64,000 nt of DNA from Squalus acanthias (taxonomy: Eukaryota): contig CM059438.1 in the NCBI GenBank assembly GCA_030390025.1, positions 64,854,001-64,918,000 of the forward strand. The letters run 5' to 3'. The translations under genes were made by a program, and so were the position numbers. Below the pieces are notes generated by a model, which searched no databases, was not told the DNA's origin, and saw only the letters and a program-made list of their open reading frames with translations. Shown here in pieces: positions 1-10,597 of this stretch; the first letter of the stretch is position 1, and each line of letters begins with the position of its first letter.

Positions 1-204
1 ATTGGCCGGGGTTGTTGATGCAGGAGATTCACTGGAATAGAAGGGAGAGGGAGACTGTATTTCATTAAAATCATACTACACAATCTGTGAATGGTCAATG
101 AGACCACATGTGCTGGCAATGCTGCACACCGTACACTGTGAGTAAAGGCTTACCAGTTGTTCGTATTTATTTCTGTGCCATTCACGTGTACCTTCTGTAC
201 TTAT

Positions 205-455
205 ACAGAATCATACAAAAACAGAAGGAGGCCATTCGGCCCATTGTACCTGTGTCGGTTCTTTGAAAGAGCTATCCAATTATTCCCAATCCTCCTGCTC
301 GTTTCCCATAAGCACAGCAAATTTTTCCTTTTCAAGTATATGTCCAATTATCTGATGAAAGTTACGATTGAATCTGCTTCCACCACCCTTTCAGGCAGTG
401 CATTCCAGATCATACCAACTCACTGCATGAAAAAAAGTCCCCTCTGGTTCTTTTG
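205..455 (-). mobile_element. CR1 LINE 3' end fragment
   Basis: Matches the CR1 3' ends at 10598-10870 and 30082-30350 (AGAAGGAGGCCATTCGGCCC...GAATCTGCTTCCACCACCCTTTCAGGCAGTGCATTCC). Confidence 0.8.
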
Positions 456-789
456 GCATGTATGTGTAAAATGTGTCAACCACAGCTTGGCAAATAGAGT
501 TTTTGTGTGTACTATTTTGATCTTTTTTTTTCTTTGCTAAGGTCCCCTATGCTAGGACCACTCCTTGTTCAGAGGATGGGTGGATGGGACAGTTCTGGGC
601 CTTTGCCCTCTGTCATTTTGAGCCAGTCCACAGAGCGTATTAAACGATAAGGATTGATTTAGCTTGTTGCTTCTGCTCTACGCCTCACCAGACAGACATC
701 AGTTTACCACAAAGGTAACTATGGGTTGAGAAGAGCCACACAGCTAATCTCTAGCATCAGATGATTCAGATGGAGGATTGAGTGGAGGA

Positions 790-1035
790 ACTTGGGCTTT
801 TTAATTGAGGTATACAAGTACATGGCTGAGGAAAGGTCAATCTGCAGCATTATTTCAAATTAAACTGTAACAGTGGGCACTACAGCACAGGTTCAAACTA
901 GCTGGAAGCCAATTTAATATTAATGTCAGGAAGTTATTTTTCTAATAAAGAATATTCAACACATGGAACAGACTTCAGGTGAGGTAATGGAAGTAAATAA
1001 ATCCGAGAATCATTTAAGAAACCGTTGGATGCTGT
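790..1035 (+). mobile_element. Old CR1 LINE ORF2 C-terminal fragment
   Basis: TTAATTGAGGTATACAAG (LIEVYK-like) and downstream sequence resemble the CR1 ORF2 end; heavily decayed. Confidence 0.55.
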
Positions 1036-1048
1036 TATGTGCGGTAAA

Positions 1049-1492
1049 AAGAAAGAAAGACTTGCATTTATACAGCACCTTGCACGACCTCAGTATGTCC
1101 CAAAGTGCTTTACAGCTTTTTGAAGTGTAGTCACTGTTGTAATGTAGGAAATGCGGCAGCCAAATTGCACACAGCAAGCTCCCAGAAACAGCAATGTGAT
1201 AATGACCAGGTAATCTGTTTTAGTGATGTTGATTGAGGGATAAATATTGGCCAGGACCCCTGCTCTTCTTCGAAATAGTGCCGTGGGATCTTTTACGTCC
1301 ACCTGAGAGGGCAGACGGGGCCTCAGTTTAACGTCTCATCCAAAAGACGGCGCCTCCGACAGTGCAGCACTCCCTCAGCACTACACTGGAGTGTCAGCCT
1401 AGCTTTTTGCTCTTAAGTCTCTGGAGTGGGACTTGAATCCACAACCTTCTGACTCAGAAGCAAGAGTGCTACCAACTGAGCCACTGGCTGGC
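1049..1492 (-). mobile_element. tRNA-derived Deu-domain SINE (SacSINE1-like)
   Basis: Minus strand reads GTGGCTCAGTTGGTAGCA (A box), GGATTCAAGTCC (B box), Deu core GGATGAGACGTTAAAC...AAAAGATCCCACGGCACTATTTCGAAGAAGAG and a (TCTT)n tail. Confidence 0.9.
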
Positions 1493-1596
1493 ACATAAAT
1501 AATGGTCATGATGCAGAGATGCCGGTGTTGGACTGGGGTGGACAAAATTGAGAGGTCGCATAACACCAGGTTATAGTCCAACAGTTTTATTTGAAA

Positions 1597-1638
1597 TCTC
1601 AAGCTTTCGGAGCTATCGATTGCCCCTTCCTCAGGTGA
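1597..1638 (-). ncRNA. Second hammerhead motif copy (inverted pseudo-LTR)
   Basis: Reverse complement of 3560-3601 with one substitution in the 3' strand of stem I (GAGA instead of GTGA). Confidence 0.65.
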
Positions 1639-1658
1639 AGTAAATAGATACAGAATCG

Positions 1659-3230
1659 CCAAAGATACACAAAGCCAACACACCCGGACGTCCTATCGTA
1701 TCAGGCAATGGAACCCTGTGTGAGAACCTCTCTGGATACGTCGAGGGCATTCTGAAACCCATCGTACAGGGAACCCCCAGCTTCTGTCGCGACACTACAG
1801 ACTTCTTACAGAAACTCAGCACCCACGGACCAGTTGAACCAGGAACACTCCTCGCCACGATGGACGTATCGGCACTCTACACCAGTATCCCCCACGATGA
1901 CGGCATCGCTGCGACAGCCTCAGTACTCAACACCAACAACAGCCAATCTCCAGATGCCATCCTACAACTCATCCGCTTCATCCTTGACCACAATGTCTTC
2001 ACCTTCGACAACCATTTTTTTACCCAAACACACGGAACAGCCATGGGGACCAAATTCGCACCCCAATATGCCAACATCTTCATGCACAAGTTCGAGCAAG
2101 ACTTCTTCGCTGCACAGGACCTCCAGCCAACGCTGTACACCAGATACATCGACGACATTTTCTTCCTTTGGACCCATGGCGAAGGATCACTGAAAAGACT
2201 ACACGATAACATAAACAAGTTCCATCCCACCATCAAACTCACCATGGACTACTCCTCAGAATCGATTTCATTCCTGGACACACGAATCTCCATCAAAGAC
2301 GGACACCTCAGCACTTCACTCTACCGCAAGCCCACGGACAACCTCACGATGCTCCACTTCTCCAGCTTCCACCCTAACCACGTTAAAGAAGCCATCCCCT
2401 ATGGACAAGCCCTGCGAATACACAGGATCTGCTCAGACGAGGAGGAACGCGATGGACACCTACGGACGCTGAAAAACGCCCTCGTAAGAACGGGATATGA
2501 CGCTCGACTCATCGATCGACAGTTCCGACGGGCCACAGCGAAAAATCGCATAGACCTCCTCAGAAGGCAAACACGGGACACAACCAACAGGGTACCCTAC
2601 GTCGTCCAGTACTTCCCCGGAGCGGAGAAACTACGACATGTTCTTCGCAGCCTTCAACATGTCATCGATGACGACAAACACCTCGCTAAGGCCATCCCCA
2701 CGCCTCCACTACTTGCCTTCAAACAGCCGCCTAACCTCAGAAGTACCATCGTTCGCAGCAAATTACCCAGCCTTCAGGATAACAGCGACCACGACACCAC
2801 ACAACCCTGCCACGGCAAACTCTGCAAGACATGCCAGATCATCAACACAGATACCACCATCACACGTGAGGACACTACCCACCAGGTACATGGTACATAC
2901 TCATGTGACTCGGCCAACGTTGTCTACCTCATACGTTGCAGGAAAGAATGCACCGCGGCATGGTACATCGGCGAGACCATGCAGACACTGAGACAACGTA
3001 TGAACGAGCACCGCGCAACAATCACCAGGCAGGATTGTTACCTCCCAGTCGGGGAACACTTCAGCAGTCAAGGACATTCAGCCTCGGATCTGCGGGTAAG
3101 CGTTCTCCAAGGCAACCTTAGAAACACACGACAACGCAAAATCATCGAGCAGAAACTGATAGCCAAGTTCCGCACTCATGAAGACGGTCTCAACCGGGAT
3201 CTTGGGTTTATGTCACGATACATGACGTGA
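1659..3230 (+). CDS. Penelope-like reverse transcriptase / GIY-YIG endonuclease (5'-truncated, uninterrupted frame)
   Basis: The frame is open from PKIHKANTPGRPIVS (1659), upstream of the ORF-track Met at 1860. Motifs: MDVSALYTSI, GTAMGTKFAP, RYIDD, FLDT, YRKPT, Cys linker CHGKLCKTC, GIY-YIG-like NVVYLIRC...WYIGET...RMNEH...E...GLN. Confidence 0.95.
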   Translation, partial: PKIHKANTPGRPIVSGNGTLCENLSGYVEGILKPIVQGTPSFCRDTTDFLQKLSTHGPVEPGTLLATMDVSALYTSIPHDDGIAATASVLNTNNSQSPDAILQLIRFILDHNVFTFDNHFFTQTHGTAMGTKFAPQYANIFMHKFEQDFFAAQDLQPTLYTRYIDDIFFLWTHGEGSLKRLHDNINKFHPTIKLTMDYSSESISFLDTRISIKDGHLSTSLYRKPTDNLTMLHFSSFHPNHVKEAIPYGQALRIHRICSDEEERDGHLRTLKNALVRTGYDARLIDRQFRRATAKNRIDLLRRQTRDTTNRVPYVVQYFPGAEKLRHVLRSLQHVIDDDKHLAKAIPTPPLLAFKQPPNLRSTIVRSKLPSLQDNSDHDTTQPCHGKLCKTCQIINTDTTITREDTTHQVHGTYSCDSANVVYLIRCRKECTAAWYIGETMQTLRQRMNEHRATITRQDCYLPVGEHFSSQGHSASDLRVSVLQGNLRNTRQRKIIEQKLIAKFRTHEDGLNRDLGFMSRYMT

Positions 3231-3559
3231 TCCGGACTCGAGTCGTCGTTGGCTTGTTCACAGATGTGATTCCCAGTAAAAAAGTAAAAATTTTCCCAGT
3301 AAAAAAGTAAAAATTTTAAAGCTTTTCATTTTACATACAGACGGCAGCTTTTGACACGTTAGACCCCCTGCGACTCCACCTCATTGTCTCAGTTGTATTT
3401 TGCTATGTCTTTGATGTGGTACCTTCCTGGCTGACCTGATTAACTTTATCACACCTCGGCAGATAGTCAGGATGATTTAATTTAGTTGTCTGCAATTGTA
3501 AGGTACACATGCTTTGTTCTCTATCTATATATGCTTTGGCGAATCTGTATCTATTTACT

Positions 3560-3601
3560 TCACCTGAGGAAGGGGCAATCGATAGCTCCGAAAGCTTGTG
3601 A
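3560..3601 (+). ncRNA. Minimal type I hammerhead ribozyme motif in PLE pseudo-LTR
   Basis: TCAC-CTGAGGA-A-GGGGC-aatcgata-GCTCC-GAAA-GCT-T-GTGA: stem I TCAC/GTGA, CUGANGA core, stem II, GAAA, palindromic helix III (AGCT). Confidence 0.75.
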
Positions 3602-3660
3602 TTTCAAATAAAACTGTTGGACTATAACCTGGTGTTGTGTGACCTCTCAATTACATAAAT

Positions 3661-3716
3661 AATGACCAGATAATCTGTTTTTAGTGATGTTGATTGAGGG
3701 ATAAATATTGGCCAGG
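3661..3716 (-). mobile_element. Deu-SINE internal fragment
   Basis: Nearly identical to 1201-1255. Confidence 0.75.
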
Positions 3717-4819
3717 TAAGTGATTGTAATGAGAGGGATTGAGCAGGTTCCACCTGCAAACCTTTGTTACCTCAGGAGCATAGATTCTGAAAACCACAAT
3801 TAAACCAAAATCTATTCATTACTTTATTATACTGCAGTGCAATAGTCTTCGCTGAATTGCCTGCTGACACCAGGTAATAGTGAAAATTCCTTTCAAACAT
3901 GCAAGTGCCTTGCAGCCAATCGTGGCTATTGCAGTACCTCAGGGACATTGTAGTATATTTTGTTCACAGCACGTTGTAGAGCTACACATGGCTGCTACCT
4001 GTGTGACAATGACAATAAAACACACCAGGCATAACAGAAATATATTGAGTGAGTTACTAAACCTTTTGTCTTTTCTTTATACCGTAAGAGAGGATATGTC
4101 ACCACAAAAGGAAATATTCTAGAAATGATTTTGTATCTCTCCAGCCTAACAAAGGTATCATGTTGATATCCTATCTTGTGGATCTGGCCTGCAATGAATT
4201 ATTTATAAAGAGTATCTCTTAAGAGACAAAATATTGGACTTTTCAGTTTCCATATTTAGAATCTGTCTGTACATTTAACAAAAATTCATTTAAACTAAGT
4301 TAAAGATCATTAGGAATGTACAGGTGAAGAATCCCATCATCTATGCTTAGTGCTTATATCTTGTATACAAAATAAATTCCATAGAGTAAGATATTTTAAC
4401 TTGAAAAGGCATTTTCTTGTGTACAAAAAGCACTAAACAAAATAAACTTGTGTTACAATTATTTGTCTAAATATTTGATTTCCCATTTTGATTTTTCACG
4501 TTACAAGCGTGAGTCTTTCTTCAGTGAACCGTTGGGTGATATCATCTGCAGCCTGCTTCATGGACAGTCAGAGGATTTCCAAAGGGAAAATCAATGGGAG
4601 GGGTAGCGAGGCACTGACCTCATGTGAAAAGTAGATGAAGAGTTCAATTCACATCCATCATTCATTCAAGTGAAAATGGAATGCTATCACTGGATTCAAA
4701 GCACTGACACTAGCTGAAGACACCCGAAGTCAAAGCAACTGAGAGAGCTACTATGAACGATCTTCTATGCTTATTCTGTTTATGCAACCAATTGTTCAGT
4801 AACATTTAACAATTATTTG

Positions 4820-5045
4820 CATTGGTTGCAGAGCCTTCAGGCAACTCGGCCCCACATTCTAGAATGTTCTCCCTAATTGCTCCACCCCTTTATTTTACTC
4901 TCCACCTTTAACAACCTGTTCAAAACCCATCTTTGCAACCAACCTCAGTGGCATATTGTCCCTTCCCCTATATCCTCCCATTATGAAATGTCTCAGAGTA
5001 TTTAACTTCCATGAAAGATGCGATATAACTACAAATTCTTGTTGT
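4820..5045 (+). mobile_element. L2 LINE 3' fragment (old)
   Basis: CATTGGTTGCAGAGCCTTCAG...GCGATATAACTACAAATTCTTGTTGTT resembles the L2 3' end at 61370-61598. Confidence 0.55.
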
Positions 5046-5093
5046 TTTCAATTAATACTGTATTAGTAGTCTGCATTAGGTCATTTACCATGC

Positions 5094-5320
5094 AACAACA
5101 GCCACTTGCATTTATATAGCACCTTTAACGCAGTAAAATGTCCCAAGGCGCTTCACAGGAGCGTTATCAAACAAAATTTCACACTGAGCCACAAAAGGAG
5201 ATATTAGGACAGGTGACCAAAAGCGTGGTCAAAGAGGTAGGTTTTAAGGAGCGTCTTAAAGGAGGAGAGAGAGGCGGAGAGGTTTAGGGAGGGAATTATA
5301 GAGCTTCGGGCCAAGACAGG
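5094..5320 (-). mobile_element. L2 LINE 3' fragment
   Basis: CAACAACAGCCACTTGCATTTATATAGCACCTTTAAC tail; homologous to the reverse complement of 61380-61598. Confidence 0.75.
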
Positions 5321-5894
5321 GTAAATGCAATTAATGGTCATTCAAAATCCAGTTCGATGCTGAGATGGTAGAGTTAGGGTAACAGAAGGATGAGCTTAGG
5401 TGATCCAAATAGTTTTTTGTCAGTCTTGCCTTTCTTAAGTTTCCACACGCTCTGTCTCTCACCTCTCGAGAAGTCCCCACTACCTTGAAAATCCTTATCA
5501 TAGAAGGAATTGCAGTCAAAAAAAAAATCATGTTTTGGAGCATCAAATAATTAGGTGATTTCAAACTTCCACCATGTTTTACTTGCTGCACGTGTGATAC
5601 GTTAGAAAGTATTTCTTAAGCTTTGAGAAGAATTTATAACAATACGGACAGCTCTTTAAAAGCAGCTGCTCCAGAGAAATGTATGCCAACAATTACATCA
5701 CCACATAGCAACATAACATTGTAGCAACTTAAAGTATTTAAATCCAATAATGCTGCATTCCTTGGTTGGGGTGCGGGTTGACAGAATTAGCCGTATAATG
5801 TTCAAGGGACCCAACCGCGACCCGTGCTTTGTTCAAATGAGACTCCATACCAGGTGCACTGTGGTGCTGAATTTACCCGCTAAGCAGCAACAGA

Positions 5895-6910
5895 AAGTGT
5901 GAGGTCATCCACTTTGGATCTAAGAAAGTTAAATCGGGTTATTTTCGAAATAATGAGAAACTAGGAACTGTAGAAGAGTAAAGAGATTTGGGAGTCCAAG
6001 TACACAAATCATTTAAAGCTAGGGGACAGGTACAAGAAGCATTAAAAAGGCTGATGGTATGTTGGGCTTTATCTGGAGTTATGTTCCAGTTGTATAAAGC
6101 TCTGGCTAGACTGCATCTGGAGTACTACATTCAGGGGCAACACGGTGGCATAGTGGTTAGCACTGTTACCTCACAGCGCCAGGGACCGGGGTTCGAATCA
6201 GGCCACGGGTGACTGTCTGTGTGGAGTTTGCACATTCTCCCCGTGTCTGCGTGGGTGTGCTCCGGTTTCCTCCCACAGTCCAAAGATGTGTGGGTTAGGT
6301 TGATTTGGCTATGATAAATTGACCCTTAGTGTTAGGGGGATTAAATACGTGGGGTTACGGGGATAGGGTGGGATATGTGTCGGTGCAGGCTCGATGGGCT
6401 GAAATGGCCTCTATCTGCACTGTGGGGATTCTGTGAAGAATATATTGGCCATGCAAAGGGTGCAGAGCAGATTCACCAGAATGATACCTGGGTTTAGAGG
6501 GTTAAGTTATGAGGACATGTTGCATAAACTTGGCTTGTATTCCCCTTGAGGATAGAAGACTGAGGGGATGATCTGATCGAGGTGTTTTAAAATGTTAAAA
6601 GGATTTGATACGGAGATACTTTTCCCTCTGGTGGGGGGAATCAAAAACGAGGGGACATAATCTTACAATTAGAGCTAAGCCATTCAGAAGCAAAATCAGG
6701 ATGCAGTTTTTCACACAATGGGTCGTGGAAATCTGGAATTGTCTCTCCCAAAAGGCTGTGGATGCTGGGACAATTGGAGCTTTCAAGATCGATAGATTTT
6801 TGTTAGTTAAGGGTATCAAGGGATATGGAGCTGAGGTACAGATCAGCCCTGATCTAATTGAATAGCCGAGCAGGATCGAGGGGCTGAATGGCCTCCTCCT
6901 GTTCCTATGT
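5895..6910 (+). mobile_element. CR1 LINE 3' portion interrupted by an HE1 SINE
   Basis: KCEVIHFG, LYKALARLHLEY, KTRGHNL, FFTQWVVEIWN motifs; 3' tail GAATGGCCTCCTCCTGTTCCTATGT. Confidence 0.9.
6134..6434 (+). mobile_element. HE1-like V-SINE (elasmobranch)
   Basis: tRNA head GGTGGCATAGTGGTTAGCAC...GGTTCGAATC; V-domain CTGTGTGGAGTTTGCACATTCTCCCCGTGTCTGCGTGG...CCGGTTTCCTCCCACAGTCCAAAGA; CR1-type tail. Confidence 0.9.
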
Positions 6911-7715
6911 GCCTAACACTATTTTGAAAGCTGACTCCAGCATAAGGTTGTGTTTACTACTGTGTTTATTTTTCAAACACTTAAAGAGTTTTACTTTCTT
7001 TGTCTCTTTTTTTTGATAAGAAGCAATTTGCAAGTTGTGTTATTTTTCTCTCTCCTTTGAATCAAACAGCTAGCAGATGTGAAAAACAAACTGCTGTGAC
7101 CCAATGTAAATGACTTCTTCTAATTAGGAATAATTAGCGCTAATTAAGACCTACCAAAATCGTAAGGAAATGCAACCATTGGGTATTGCTAATTAAGAAT
7201 ACTGAAGTCCCTGAGTAATAGGAACACATTAATAAGTGCAGTCAACGCGACTGGCAAACAGTGCTCGCATAAGCAAACACTTTCAAAAACTCATTTATTT
7301 CCTCCATTTGGATTGTCTTGTGACTAATTTTCAGCACATAATGTTTATTAAATAGAAAGATTTTATTAAAGTCAAACCAATGGAGACTTGATATAGCACA
7401 GCCTTTTACTTTAATTTTCAGCTCTGCAATGGATGTGAATATTGCTTGATGCTTTCCACACAATATTAAAATACTAATAACTATTTTGCTATAATGTAGG
7501 ACCTGTATGAATATTACTTGGATCAAATTCATGCAGCGTTCCGTTAGCTTTTTATGGTATTTTCTTCATTTTAAAGTGGCTTTACACAACATGGCTTTCT
7601 ATGATAACTGGCAACCGTGTGTTAATGTAATTTGTATCCCTTCGTAGTTAGAAGTATAGTCCAGGGTCTCATATGGCTACAGCTTAGTTGGCCACCAGGG
7701 CCTCTTGAAGCCAAA

Positions 7716-8125
7716 TAACAACAATGTGCATTTATATAGTGCCTTTAACATAGAAAAACACCCAAAGGCTCTTCACAGGAGCATAATCAGACAAAAATGG
7801 ATGCTGAGCTATTAAAGGAGATAGGAGGACCTAATCGGACCAAAAGCTTGGTCCAAGGGGTGGGTTTTAAGGGGGGACTTGAAGCAAAAGAGGAAGGTGG
7901 AGAGACAGAGGGGTAAGGGGTACAGGGAGAGAATTGCAAAGGACAGGGTTCAGATGGTTGAATGCACTGCTGCCAATGGTGGGGCGAAGGGCGTGGGAGA
8001 TGCACAATAGGCCAGGCCAGGGTCGGAGGCACGGAGAGTTCTCGGAGGGTTGTAGGGCTGAAGCAGATTAGAGAGATGGGGCAAGGCCATGAATGGATTT
8101 AAATGTGAGGTTGCAAATTTTAAAC
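7716..8125 (-). mobile_element. L2 LINE 3' fragment
   Basis: AACAACAATGTGCATTTATATAGTGCCTTTAAC tail; minus-strand HLSNLLQPYNPPRTLRAS is typical of L2 ORF2. Confidence 0.8.
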
Positions 8126-8315
8126 TTGCAGCTGAAATCATATTTTGGACCTGCAGCAGATTGTGTAGTAACACAAGAGTGCCAGTTCTAGACTCAATAT
8201 TGGATCTGCGAGGAGTAGAGTTTTGGTTAGTCCTGCCTCCAGCAATGATTGAAAGCAATCAAGCACAACCCCTGATGGACTAACATGAACTCTGAAACAC
8301 ACTCTTGCACTCTAG

Positions 8316-10059
8316 GGGCTGGATTTTGCCAACCTCGGCAGGGTCCATGGCGGGCAACGTCGGTGGCAGGTCCCGGCCTCGCTGTTGGCTCCATCCTGTT
8401 GTCCAAAATTATTTTCTCCTGAATGGGCTTGTTAAGCCCACCCAGAGCGTTTGCCGGCCAATTGAAGGAAGCGGGTCTGACGCGTCATCAGCCGGTTTCC
8501 TTAAAGGGACCATGCGCAAATTGATTTTGACATTTGTGCTATCAGTGTTCTACAGCTTGAAGATGCTGCAAACACTGACAAGCACTGCACAGATGTGCAC
8601 GGCTGCACCCAGGCTCTCCCATGACTCCGTCTCCATATTCTTATGGAGGGAGTCACAGCATGCAGGCAGGTCCTCTTCCCTTCCCAAGGGCGGAGGAGAC
8701 CTCCCCAGGAGACCAACACAGCCTGGTTGCACATTGCACAGGAGGGCACAAGCAGGGATGTTGTCAGGAGGACCAGGCTGCAGTGGCGCAAACCTTTCAA
8801 TGATCTCAGTAGATCACGAAAGTTAATGCAAAGCCGCACTCAACCTCATCCTGCTGTGCCACTCATCACATCCCCATCACTCTGCCTTCCCTGCCCTACT
8901 CCTGCACATCCTTACTCACACCAACTTACCTTGCACCTCCACCCATCCCTCTCTATCTACATTATCACTTCCCCATCTCACTAGCCACCCCTCACAATCA
9001 CCCTCATCCTAGTCCAATCATACCAACTAAAAACACACAAGGGTAGGCATTTAGGTGTTTTAGCCAATGTTCATATAAAGTTTCTGTTACTGTGCTGTCA
9101 AACATTGAAACCTTTATTTTGAACACTTTGCATTCTTGGACAGATTTGTGTTCACCTTTGGAAGTGGCTTAGTGAGTTGCAGTGAATGGTGAGACATAAC
9201 GGTACCCCCCGCAATAGTCATGAGTGTGAAAGGAATGGCTTGGGCATTGTAGGGATGCTTTATGGTGCTGGTGTGAGGTGGTGCCAACCTGGCGCATCAT
9301 GTGGCAGCAGGGTGTACAGCATCAAGTGAAGTAAATCTGGTCATGGTGAGTCCATCCCTGGCCTCCCGGGCAGCAATGTGGTTGGGTGCTGATGCCCTGT
9401 GTCCTGTGCAGCATCAGTTGATTGCGGAGAAGGTTGGTGTTGTTGTTGGTGCTGCTGGTGTGCCTGGTGCTGTTGGTGTTGGGGCTGATCGTGATGGGAT
9501 TCTGAGGAGCAAGGTGAGATAGTTTCAAGGGCACCAATGCTGATGGAATAGATGGCAGGTGAACTTGAGATGACAGAAGCATTCTGTCAATGGTGAGAGA
9601 GGTTATTACAATGAGGTGACACTGGATGGAGAGTTGGCTCCAAACACTTGCAACCTGCATAAAGCTCAATCTGTCTTCCAAATGCAGTAAGCAACAGCTT
9701 GGAAAGTGAATAGCTGTGAGATGGGAGCTTTTATAGCACATTTGCAGCTGTCAAGTAATGAGATGATTCCATGGCCATTCAACTCCCTTACCTGACATGA
9801 TCCCCGAGCAGCGTGGACCCCATTGGCGACCTGGCAAACTCTGAAGGTGAGCTGAAAATAATTCTTAATGTGCTGTTAATAAGGTCATAATGACCTAAAT
9901 TGCCTCCCCCACCGCTGCCTGTTGGGTCTGCTCAGCGCTGACAGACCCAACATTTGGGAAAGGTGCATGGCAGCGGGTTGACAGCAGAGTCCTGACCCGC
10001 TGTCAAAAACATCAATTTACTCACCCGACCCATCACCGATCCCCCAGTAAACTCCCCCC
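8316..10059. mobile_element. PIF/Harbinger internal-deletion derivative
   Basis: Imperfect TIRs GGGCTGGATTT / AAACTCCCCCC and TAG TSD. Retains decayed Myb exon 1 (~8590-8825, +) and fused N- and C-terminal transposase pieces (~9330-9540, -) homologous to 50655-54417. Confidence 0.85.
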
Positions 10060-10597
10060 TAGGCTTCCAGCTATCACCTGTCTTGTAAGTTCTCAGTCCA
10101 CTGCACTCAACCATCAAATTTTTAAAAAAAATATCTGCTACTGACCTAAACACATATAACCTTTAATGCCATGGTTCTAGGATGTGGGGTATGTACGATA
10201 TGTCTTAAATGTCTTGGCAAATGCATCCCTTTTCCTTAAAAGAATGGATGAATGCCAAAAGTGCCCCTTGGATTTTGTGTGCGAATGTTCATTAAAAGCA
10301 GCTGAAGTATTAGCTCCTGTGGGGACTGCAGATGCTGACTTAGGCTTTGCCTTATGTTACTGTGCCTGTGATGAGAACAAAACAGTTCTGCAGCTTATCA
10401 ATTTGTACATGGTCAGAAGATGTTTTAAAATATGACAAAAGCATGCATAGTTTTGCAATAGTTTAAACAGTCTATTTTACAGGCATTTCTTTTAGTAATG
10501 TAGCTGAAGGGGACTTGGTTGAAAAAATGGAGGCAGTCACATGGTGGGATCTTTTGTGGAGGTGTAATTGTACATTGTTTGGATTCTCTTCAACTTA

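Larger units (their letters stand above)
1505..3652 (+). mobile_element. Penelope-like retroelement (Neptune-like), 5'-truncated, with inverted pseudo-LTRs
   Basis: RT+GIY-YIG ORF; 1547-1664 is the near-perfect reverse complement of 3534-3652; 12-bp TSD ACATAAATAATG at 1493-1504 and 3653-3664. Confidence 0.95.

Noticed and set aside
4508..4640. Possible host exon after a pyrimidine-rich acceptor
   Set aside because: Frames close within ~45 codons, no recognisable protein and no partner exons.
6134..6210. tRNA gene-like A/B boxes (also in the Deu-SINE heads)
   Set aside because: These are SINE heads continuing into SINE bodies, not full cloverleaf tRNA genes.
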